From Eledone cirrhosa (taxonomy: Eukaryota), in assembly GCA_964016885.1 (NCBI GenBank), contig OZ024763.1, forward strand, positions 6,324,001 to 6,388,000: a DNA stretch of 64,000 bases. Reading direction: 5' to 3'. Below the pieces are notes generated by a model. The model was not told the origin of the DNA. It saw only the letters and a program-made list of their open reading frames with translations, and did not search any database. The translations under genes were made by a program, and so were the position numbers. Within the stretch, counting starts at the first letter, position 1. Every line of letters starts with the position of its first letter. Below are positions 53,817 through 64,000 of this stretch, piece after piece.

Positions 53817-53976
53817 CTTTTTCACCTCTCCCTCACCACTTGTATCAATCTTAAGAGGTTGAGCCAAATCAGGACGAAAATCTCCTAACCGTGGTCTCTT
53901 AGATATGTGACTTGATTCAATGTTGGAAAAATGAATCATCTGAGCATTTTCCTGGTTCGACTCATAGATTTCATTC
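53817..53976 (-). CDS. NCOR1: NCoR exon (NEIYES...SKRPRLGDFRPDLAQPLKIDT...VKK)
   Basis: 160 nt AG/GT exon with the conserved KRPRL motif; lies inside ORF 53763..54026. Confidence 0.9.
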
Positions 53977-54199
53977 CTGAAAAGAACAAAACAATATATA
54001 TCATCAACATCACTATATACATACATTCAGATAAAGAAAAATGAAGTTTCATTTACATGTATTTAGTTTTTCATTGTGTACCGACCTGTTACGGCATGTT
54101 TCACAGAGGATTGGCTAAAGATCTTACATAGAAGTTATGGACCTGACCCCAGTATCAATCAGCTCTTTAGACTGGTGATTCAACAAAAAATGCAATGTT

Positions 54200-54234
<35 letters not shown>

Positions 54235-54704
54235 AGAGAGAGAGAGAGATAGGATGATTTTTTATGAATGAAACAGTTCTAGTCCTGTAGAATTTCTATA
54301 ATAAAATAACTATGGCTATACTCTACCAACATAGTGAGTACATTTTTTAACTATGGACACTTCCCAATATACATCGGGAACCCACCTATATATACATATA
54401 TATCATCATCATCATCATTTAACATCTGCTTTCCCTGGTAGCAAGGGTTGGACAGGTCTACATGGACCAAGTCAGTACTGAAGCAGGGCTACTGATCTCT
54501 CAAATAGGCCGAGGGGTCTGCACAGAAGAAGTTGTCATGTCTTTTGACACAAACTGGGGAGCCCTCCCAAACCTTCCTATGGCTGGCTGCCCTTTCTAAC
54601 ACCGACCATGTTTCCATGTTTACAGAGTGTACTGGGTGCTTTTATTGTGTAGATCACCAGCACTAGTATGCAAAGGCGTGAAACTAATATATATCATTTT
54701 ACTG

Positions 54705-55140
54705 TCACCATCATCCTCATCATTATCATTTTACATCCTCTTTTCCCTGCTTGCAAGGGTGGGACGGGTCCTATTCAGCACAGCATCTCTCCACTTGTCA
54801 CGGTCCTTCGTCATCTCCTCGGTGAGTTTCAGCAATCTCTGGTCTGCTCTCATACCTCTGCCCATGTTTTTTGTGGTCTTCCTCTACCGCGTCTTCCTTC
54901 TACTGGGATTTCTTGGCACTTTCTTACCCAGCGGTTATCCTCCATGTGCATCACATGTCCATACCACCTCAGCCTTCTCTCCTGCACACCACAACTTATC
55001 CCTCTTATACCCAGTTTCTCTCTCAACACATCCAACGGAGCATACTTGCTTCATTTCTCTCCAGCCGTCACATATCCTCTGCAGTTGCTGCCCATGTCTC
55101 ACTACCATGCAGCATCGTGCATCTCACGCAGGCATCATAT
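54705..55140 (-). mobile_element. RTE-clade LINE 3' fragment
   Basis: Translation LREKLGIRGISCGVQERRLRWYGHVMHM...VEGRRGRGRPQKTW is typical of the RTE ORF C-terminus; the 3' tail is shared with SINE family 1. Confidence 0.85.
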
Positions 55141-55146
55141 AACCGT

Positions 55147-55226
<80 letters not shown>

Positions 55227-55682
55227 AATGAGTTACTGCTCGACAGCTGAGCTCTTGCCATCAGGCAGTAACTCATTACAATACCTACACATTACTTTCT
55301 CAAGTATCTAGTCTAAACTGGTAACTCCCATGATATATATAATATATAATATGCTCCCCCGCCCTCTATATAGATGAGGGCGACGCCATAACTTTCTATC
55401 TATCTACTTCTTTCTGTAACCTCGAAAACACATGGTGTTCCCCTCTGTATATAAGATGAGCATAATGGACAGACAGATAGTGCTCTTATAATATAGAATA
55501 ACGCAATTTTTTTCAATGAAATTGTCTGGGCTGTTATGTTTTCCATCAGGTAGATTACAATTATGTTGGTGAGATTTTATTCACTGAATACTTTTGATTT
55601 GTGTTTGGAAGAGGCAAGTGTTAAACTAATATACCCCTTCCACCTACTGTGCCGTTTGTGTTGTTATTTCTGTTTACCTTTT

Positions 55683-55725
<43 letters not shown>

Positions 55726-56559
55726 TTGTCTGCTCAATACAAAGCTTGACCACCTCAGTGTACATGGAGCTCAGTTCTGGCATGAGAACCCATGTGGCTT
55801 TTTAGACCAGGCATACTTTTAAAATGTCATCCTCATAAATTGCACTGTAGTTTGGGTGTAGCTTCAACTGCCTGAGTTGTCTGATCTTGATGATATATAT
55901 TTCCAATTCCATCCCGCCCGTCCCCTCAGTCTATCTTATTTCTCATTCTTTCTTCTGATGAAGCACTAGCATCCGAAATATTAAGACCTTCTTCCTGGTA
56001 TATCAAGCATTAACCTAATATATCCCTTCTATATACTGTACCGATTGTGTTGTTATTTCTGTTTACCTTTTACATATATATATATATATATATAATGCAC
56101 CCTCCATTCATTATTTCTGTTTAAATCTTGCATGCATCAATTTCAACTCTTCTTATTAATAACAGCATTGTTTCTTTCCAGGGACTATGTTGAAAAAATA
56201 AACCTCATTTGGTCATTCCATGAGAGTATTTTGTCAGCCTATGAAATTTTCAGCCGACCGTCATATATCAAGATGACCTTAGCCCCGCCCCTCCACACAC
56301 TCACCACCCACCCACACGTATTATCAGCAGCACAAGAAGGAACACATATTTCAATGTGACCTTTAATCTGATAAAAAGAAGAAAAAGAAGACAACAATGA
56401 CATCATTTATCTCCATTACACAGTAATACTTCAGTTTCTTATCTTTTATCCAGATATTTATCACAAACTTTTTGTTATATTTTTTTAATCAACCCTGTTA
56501 ACCCTGCCAAATAAAACCACCCATTTTAAAGGTTTCCTGTTTAAATTAAAATCTAACAA

Positions 56560-56985
56560 CATAGTTGTGATGCTTCATGGTAGTGAAACATGGGCTGCGA
56601 CTGCAGAAGGTATCATAGACTGGAGGGACCATACCCTGTTGCATGTGCAATGTAAGTATGAGAGAAAGGCAGAGGTTGGATGAACTGAGGAAGAAGCTGG
56701 GTTTAAGAGAAATCTGAAGTGGTGTGCAAGAAAGACTGCATTGGTTCGGGCATGTGATGTCCATGGATGATGATCGATGGGTGAAGAAGTGCTAGGAAAT
56801 CCTAGTGGAAGGAAGCTGCAATAGAGGTAAACCAAGAAAGACCTAGGTAGAGGTGGTCACAAATCACTGTGATTCACAGAGGAGATGACAAAGGAACGCA
56901 GTGAGTGGAGAGATGCTGTACTGAGAAGGACCTTTTCAACCCATGCAAACGTGAAAAACTGGATGTAAATCGATGATGATGATAA
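56560..56985 (+). mobile_element. Degenerate RTE LINE 3' fragment
   Basis: MLHGSETW-like and RLHWFGHVM-like segments with stops; (gat)n tail. Confidence 0.75.
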
Positions 56986-57194
56986 TTTTATATAAAAACC
57001 TTACATTAAGTTACAATTTTAGTAATGAAATAATTAATAATTTAAGTAAACCCCTCAAAATCCTTTATTAATTAATTAAAATAGAGTGCATTTCATTAGA
57101 AATATGATTATGAAAGGGTTAATCCCTTTCATTACCAGACTTATATGAGGTTTCACTCAGAGAGAGAAGGGGAGGGGAGATTGTATGTTGCCTA

Positions 57195-58362
57195 TATGTG
57201 AAGTACGATGTTGCGTGGTGGTGTGACATGTGGTAAGATATGTAGAGGTTATGTGAAGTACGATGTTGCGTGGTGGTGTGACATGTGGTAAGATATGTAG
57301 AGGTTATGTGAAGTACGATGTTGCGTGGTGGTGTGACATGTGGTAAGATATGTAGAGGTTATGTGAAGTATGATGCTACATGATAGTGGGACATGTGGTA
57401 AGATACGTAGATGTTATGTGAAGTATGATGCTACATGGTTGTAATCCATGGAGTAAGAGATGTAGAAGATATGTGAAGTCCGATGCTATATGGTAGTGGG
57501 TGACATTCAATAGATGTGTCATGTTTATGTGCCTGAATGACAGACAAAGCATGGATGAACTGAGAGGAATCAGATATAGTGAGCAGGAGGGAGAGTGCTC
57601 TGGTATGGACATGTGATGTATATAAAGAATATTTAACCCTTTAAGCATCTACATTACTCTATATTTATTATTATATTTTCACAGTAAACACTATTTCACA
57701 TGAGATTTCGATATTATTTATTTTGAAAACAATACCTTAACATCAGTATGAGCAGATGGTTACAGCCGGTCTGAACAGAAAGAGGTAAGAGAATTCTGGC
57801 TGGATATGGCCAGTTTAAATATGACAGTTGGGTGAAGAAGTGCTAGAGAAATGAATTGAGCATGCGACGATGGACATGTGATGTTAATATGTATGAACCG
57901 CAAGGCATGGATGGGCTGAGAGAGAGAAGCTGCAGTGTGCAGCAGAGAAGACTGCACTGGTATTGACATGTGATGTATATTGATGGTGACAGTTGGGTGA
58001 AGAAGTGTTAGAGAAATGAAACAAGCATGCTATGGGGGATGTATGATGTTAATATAGAGTGTATATACGAGTTGCAATGACACTGTTGCTCAGTTGTACG
58101 GGCTGAGAGAAAAACCGGAGCGTGCAAGAAAGAAGCTGATATCGACATGAGATGTGTATGGATGGTCACAGATGGGTGAAGAAGTGCCAGAATTGCAGTA
58201 AAAGGAAGCCACAGTAAAGGAAAACCAACAGAAACCTGGACAGAGGTGGTGAGAGCTGGTCTCACAACACAGAGGACATGATGAAGGACCAAAATGAGTG
58301 GAGGGAAGCTATGTTGGAGGAAAAGACCTGTCCAACCCATGCAAGCATAGAAAATGATGATG
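57195..58362 (+). mobile_element. Rearranged RTE LINE remnants with a 55-bp minisatellite and an inserted family A MITE
   Basis: 55-bp units resemble the MLxGSETW-coding region; MITE at about 57637-57820; RTE tail at about 58325-58362. Confidence 0.65.
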
Positions 58363-58424
58363 TTTAGTGAAGGAGGTATAGGTAACGTAATATATATAAA
58401 TGCTTACAACAGGGTGGATTTTGG

Positions 58425-58612
58425 TAAAGGTACCCAAGGACCAGGTGGTAGTGTTAAACCAGAGTAGACTCTGCTAAAGGTACCCAAGGACCAGGTGGTA
58501 GTGTTAAACCAGAGTAGACTCTGCTAAAGGTACCCAAGGACCAGGTGGTAGGGTTAAACCAGAGTAGACTCTGCTAAAGGTACCCAAGGACCAGGTGGTG
58601 GTGTTAAACACA
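58425..58612. repeat. 50-bp minisatellite, about 4 copies
   Basis: Unit taaaggtacccaaggaccaggtggtagtgttaaaccagagtagactctgc. Confidence 0.9.
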
Positions 58613-58708
58613 GATGACTTTGCTAAAGACAGACAAGGTCCACGTGGTGATGATGGTGGTGGTGTTTGTGGGTGTTAAACCGGAAGCTATTATTATCAAG
58701 TAAAATAC

Positions 58709-58809
58709 CTTTCTTTTTCCTGATGGTAGTCAGGTATTAACGTTATCCGTCTTTTAACCTGCAGATAGTCAGGGTCGCGTAACTCACGATAATCCTGGTG
58801 GTGACTTCC
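58709..58809 (-). CDS. NCOR1: NCoR exon (GSHHQDYRELRDPDYLQVKRRITLIPDYHQEKE)
   Basis: TTTTCAG acceptor, GTATTT donor, 101 nt. RRITLIPDYH resembles the vertebrate RRPSLLSEFH; phase 2 end joins the next exon. Confidence 0.8.
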
Positions 58810-59109
58810 CTGAAAAGAGACAGAAAAATATTTATCAAACTGAAAACTATAAGAATACAAAACAAAAAGGAACAATGTTATACTTTGAAAGGGTCAAACC
58901 TTCATTAAAGTGATGTTATACTTTGAGAGGGACATACCTCCATTAACCCTTTGACATTACATTACTATTATATTTTGATATTTATTTTGAGAACAATACC
59001 TTAACATAAGTATGAGTGGCCAGGTACAGCCAGTTGGAACAGAAAGAGCCGAGAGTATTCTGGTCAGATACGGCCAGCTTTAAATACTAAAGGGTTAAAG
59101 CAAGTTGTT

Positions 59110-59630
59110 ATATAGACTAGGTTGATGATCAGACCACCTCGTTAGTCCATCAAGGATTACTTATATAGACTAGGTTGATGATTAGATCACCTCGTTAGTC
59201 AATCAAGAGTTAATTATATAGACTAGGTTGATCAGATCACCTCGGTAGTCCATGAAGAGTTAATTAGGGACTAGTTTGATTATCAGATCACCTCGTTAAT
59301 CAATGAAAAGTCAATTAGAGAATAGGTTGATGATCAGATCACCTCATTAGTCAATCAAGGATTAATTAGAGACTAGTGATCAGATCACCTCGTTATTCAA
59401 TCAAGGACCAATTAGAGACCAGGTTGATGATAAGACCACCTCGTTAGTCAATCGTGAGTCAATTAGAGACCAGGTTAATGATCAGACCACCTCGTTAGTC
59501 AATCGTGAGTTAATTAGAGACTAGGTCAATGATCAGATCATCTCGTTAGTCAATGAAGAGTCAATTAGAGACCAGGTTGATGATCAGACCACCTCATTAG
59601 TCAATTGAGAGTTAATTAGAGACTAGGTCA
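59110..59630. repeat. About 50-bp degenerate minisatellite, about 10 copies
   Basis: Unit gactaggttgatgatcagaYcacctcgttagtcaatcaagagttaattaga. Confidence 0.88.
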
Positions 59631-59882
59631 AAGGTCTATTAGTTATATGAACAACAACAGAGTTACAGAAATGGTGGACCTCATATCTTACACAAAACTT
59701 GACAGACAAGGTCTTCAGATAAAACACACCCTTATAAACACGCTGTGTTCCCATGAGTGTGTGTATACCCATGTGTATGTATACACTTTTCTCTAGATAT
59801 AACACATCCTTATAAACACTGTACATGTGTCACGTGTACACTGTTCTCCAGATAAAACACACACTTCCGTACATATACACAT

Positions 59883-59914
<32 letters not shown>

Positions 59915-60174
59915 GGTTTAATGTATGTATATATACAGCCACCCACTCATCCACCCACACACACAAATAGAAAAGGATCAAAGGTTTACATTATACCACC
60001 ACCACTACTAATATATGCAACTATATACACACACACGCACGCACACATATATATATATACACACTCACATATGTATATAGCATACACAATATGGAGTTCA
60101 ATCACTCCTTATCACAACAACATTCTGTTGAAGTGTGTGTGTGTGTGGGTGTGTGTATGTCTATATATACATAT

Positions 60175-60213
<39 letters not shown>

Positions 60214-60365
60214 GTGCCCTGGCATGGCCTCAGCCAGATGGCTGTAACAGGTAAAAGTGTGTGTGTGTGTGTGTGTGTGTTACTAAGGCTGAGAGATGTG
60301 AGTGCTCAAGTTGTTGGAAAGCATTTAATAATGATTATAGAGGTGAAATGGAGACAACCACTGTG

Positions 60366-60408
<43 letters not shown>

Positions 60409-60635
60409 TGCGTGTGTGTGCACCATTATACATTGCTGAGACTGACTACTGACCAGAGAACAACTGACCAACTGAAGAGATATGTATATATGTGAGTGTG
60501 AATGTGTGTATATATGTATGTATGTGTGTGTGTGTGTGTGTGTGTGTGCGTATGTAGCAGCTGTAGTCTGGTGTTGGTCTCAATTGTAGTGACCACTAAC
60601 TACTGGGTCTTTAAGTGGTGATGGTGAACAGTTAA

Positions 60636-60730
<95 letters not shown>

Positions 60731-61115
60731 AGGGTGTGTGTGTGTGAAAGAGAGTGAGTGAGAGCCTGTGGTCCGGTCCAGACATCTAATTTGTGTGATT
60801 AGATAATCATCTTGTTGCAGTGGTCAAGACCTGAGGGAGAGAGAGGGAGAATATGGAGAGGAAGAAGAAAGTAAGGAAAGAGAAGCAGTATTAGACAGAC
60901 AGAGACAGGTATATATGTGTGTATATATATATATATAGTACGTTATTCCGGGTTGAATCGGAGGTAACCACAGTAAGTAAGGTACTCAATACATTGCAGA
61001 GTATAAAAGTTTTAATATAGATGAGATTCTACAGGACTAGAACTGTTTCATTCTTTGATGATTTCTAAAGAAAGAAACAGTTCTAGTCCTGTAGAATCTC
61101 ATCTATATTAAAACT

Positions 61116-61208
<93 letters not shown>

Positions 61209-61747
61209 GTGTGTGTGTGTGTGCGCGCGTGTGATTTTCTTAAGTATATCTACTAATGTGATGAACGTGTCATCTCCCCCCCCCCCCATTTATTACAATG
61301 GGTTACACAGTATCTTACTTCTTTTCTATTTCATCCACGACTCTCGTGCTATAAGAGGCACCACACTTTTTCCTTGACGCCACATATCCTATGTGTACTT
61401 GTAGCTTAATTGCTATAAATTAATGTTTTGTTTCTCAACTTACTCCATTGGACAGTGTATGGCTTGTGTCAGACACTCTGACCCCGGGCTGTCTAGCAGT
61501 ACTGCTGGTAGGGGTCGAAACTGCCCAAATCCACCTCAACAGCCGATGGCGCTGGAGTTCTGTGTCCTTTGTTTGTATTTTTAAAGGCTTCTTCTTAAAA
61601 AATTGTTTTCCATTTGTTGTCTTGCCCTCTCTTTGTTATTTTTCTTAAGTTTATGTGATGAATGTGTTATCTCTTCTCCACCCACCCCACTTATATTTAT
61701 ATATATATGTATATAGAAACCTGTAGGGCAAATATTTAATCTGTATT

Positions 61748-61812
<65 letters not shown>

Positions 61813-61815
<3 letters not shown>

Positions 61816-62020
61816 CGAAGGAAATGTGGTAAGGAACCAGGTGGACCATAACGCACCAAAGTACTCAATACTTGGGGTAGTAGAGTGGGTAATAGGAACG
61901 AGTAAGACCCCGACAGCTGGGCTCAAGCCGTTTCGACGGCTAATTCTGGACTTAAATTAGTCCAGAATTAGCCGTCGAAACGGCTTGAGCTCAGCTGTCG
62001 GGGTCTTACTGGTTCCTATA
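61813..62020 (+). mobile_element. Hairpin-ended repeat, third copy (about 60-bp near-perfect stem)
   Basis: ataggaac...ctaattctggact-taaatt-agtccagaattag...gttcctat, between (TA)n runs. Confidence 0.65.
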
Positions 62021-62420
62021 TATATATATATAGTGAAAGAGTGAAGAATAACATGGTCGGCTGTACAAAAAGGGTTTTATTTACAGTATTAACAATTGTT
62101 TCATTGATCAGGTGAGTCTAGAGGCCGATAATCACTTGAAGTTGAGTCACTCAACCTTAAATACAGTGTGTCTCTGATTAAATCATCGGAATACGATAAC
62201 TTGTTATCCCATATATATATATAGGGGGAGAGAGGGAGGGAGAAAAAGAATTCCTTTCTCAATGCCAGTTCATATGAAATATAGGATATCAATTTATCTG
62301 ATAAAGGGCTGGGTTCTTGATAAATTCTGGTCAATAGACAGATGGAAGAAAACCTTGGAATTTGAATTGATTAACAATAAAATATTTTTAGCTCTAGTTC
62401 TATATTTCTCTCTCTAGACG

Positions 62421-63960
62421 CCATATTTCTAATGAAAGACACTACCTATGTCTTTAACCCTTTCATTACCATATTTCTAATGAAAGACACCGTCTATGTC
62501 TTTAACCCTTTCATTACCATATTTCTAATGAAAGGCACTGTCTATGTCTTTAACCCTTTCATTACCATATTTCTAATGAAAGGCACTGTCTATGTCTTTA
62601 ACCCTTTCATTACCATATTTCTAATGAAAGACACTGTCTATGTCTTTAACCCTTTCATTACCATATTTCTAATGAAAGACACTGTCTATGTCTTTAACCC
62701 TTCCATTACCATATTTCTAATGAAAGACACTGTCTATGTCTTTAACCCTTCCATTATCATATTTCTAATGAAAGGCACTGTCTATGTCTTTAACCCTTTC
62801 ATTACCATATTTCTAATGAAAGACACTGTCTATGTCATTAACCCTTTCATTACCATATTTCTAATGAAAGACACTGTCTATGTCATTAACCCTTTCATTA
62901 CCATATTTCTAATGAAAGGCACTGTCTATGTCTTTAACCCTTTCATTACCATATTTCTAATGAAAGACACTGTCTATGTCATTAACCCTTTCATTACCAT
63001 ATTTCTAATGAAAGACACTGTCTATGTCATTAACCCTTTCATTACCATATTTCTAATGAAAGACACTGTCTATGTCTTTAACCCTTTCATTACCATATTT
63101 CTAATGAAAGGCACTGTCTATGTCTTTAACCCTTTCATTACCATATTTCTAATGAAAGACACTGTCTATGTCATTAACCCTTTCATTACCATATTTCTAA
63201 TGAAAGACACTGTCTATGTCATTAACCCTTTCATTACCATATTTCTAATGAAAGGCACTGTCTATGTCTTTAACCCTTTCATTACCATATTTCTAATGAA
63301 AGACACTGTCTATGTCATTAACCCTTTCATTACCATATTTCTAATGAAAGACACTGTCTATGTCATTAACCCTTTCATTACCATATTTCTAATGAAAGAC
63401 ACTGTCTATGTCTTTAACCCTTTCATTACCATATTTCTAATGAAAGACACTGTCTATGTCTTTAACCCTTTCATTACCATATTTCTAATGAAAGACACTG
63501 TCTATGTCTTTAACCCTTTCATTACCATATTTCTAATGAAAGACACTGTCTATGTCTTTAACCCTTTCATTACCATATTTCTAATGAAAGACACTGTCTA
63601 TGTCTTTAACCCTTTCATTACCATATTTCTAATGAAAGACACTGTCTATGTCTTTAACCCTTTCATTACCATATTTCTAATGAAAGACACTGTCTATGTC
63701 TTTAACCCTTCCATTACCATATTTCTAATGAAAGACACTGTCTATGTCTTTAACCCTTTCATTACCATATTTCTAATGAAAGGCACTGTCTATGTCTTTA
63801 ACCCTTCCATTACCATATTTCTAATGAAAGACACTGTCTATGTCTTTAACCCTTTCATTACCATATTTCTAATGAAAGACACTGTCTATATCTTTAACCC
63901 TTTCATTACCATATTTCTACTGAAAGACACTGTCTATGTCTTTAACCCTTTCATTACCAC
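62421..63960 (+). repeat. 48-bp satellite, about 32 copies, followed by the family B MITE body
   Basis: Very homogeneous unit; ends in aataatcaagtatttggaggga at the window edge. Confidence 0.96.
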
Positions 63961-64000
63961 TTTAAAATAACTTTCAAAAATAATCAAGTATTTGGAGGGA

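Larger units (their letters stand above)
1..58809 (-). other. NCOR1: Gene model: nuclear receptor corepressor (NCoR1/SMRT orthologue), 24 coding exons, incomplete at both ends
   Basis: Manually spliced exons all have AG/GT boundaries and chain in phase without stops. The protein carries NCoR/SMRT hallmarks in the expected order (KRPRL, VDREI coiled coil, PLYNQPSD, DAD/SANT1, SANT2, GSI, CoRNR). Confidence 0.96.

Noticed and set aside
54850-55035. Functional reverse transcriptase gene
   Set aside because: Only a short C-terminal RTE fragment; no RT catalytic core, and other copies have stops.
62432-63970. 512-aa ORF of MKDTVYVFNPFITIFL repeats (also 26545-27699)
   Set aside because: A 48-bp unit divisible by 3 and derived from a MITE end; other arrays contain stops or frameshifts.

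Overview
AT-rich, microsatellite-rich animal genomic DNA; the SINE/MITE landscape suggests an octopus or other coleoid cephalopod (inference). The window is almost entirely one minus-strand gene, the single invertebrate orthologue of nuclear receptor corepressor NCoR1/SMRT (NCOR2). I assembled 24 GT-AG coding exons by hand (58809 down to 1, about 6.9 kb CDS, about 2300 aa) with consistent phases at every junction. They encode the GPS2/TBL1 region, DAD-SANT1, a Cys-rich double zinc-finger-like insert, SANT2, PPPLI, GSI and CoRNR motifs, and long homopolymer tracts. The start codon and the C-terminus were not found in the window. Introns hold tRNA-derived SINEs, RTE-LINE remnants, TTAA-, TA- and 8-bp-TSD MITEs, fold-back hairpin elements and many minisatellites. 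Nearly all long ORFs in the track outside the exons are repeat artefacts. No CRISPR, rRNA or intact transposase is visible. Best leads: the THAP/ZAD-like zinc-finger pair between the SANT domains; satellites repeatedly generated from transposon termini and from the gene's own splice sites; inverted SINEs around a frame-symmetric CoRNR exon; hairpin-ended Penelope-like inserts.
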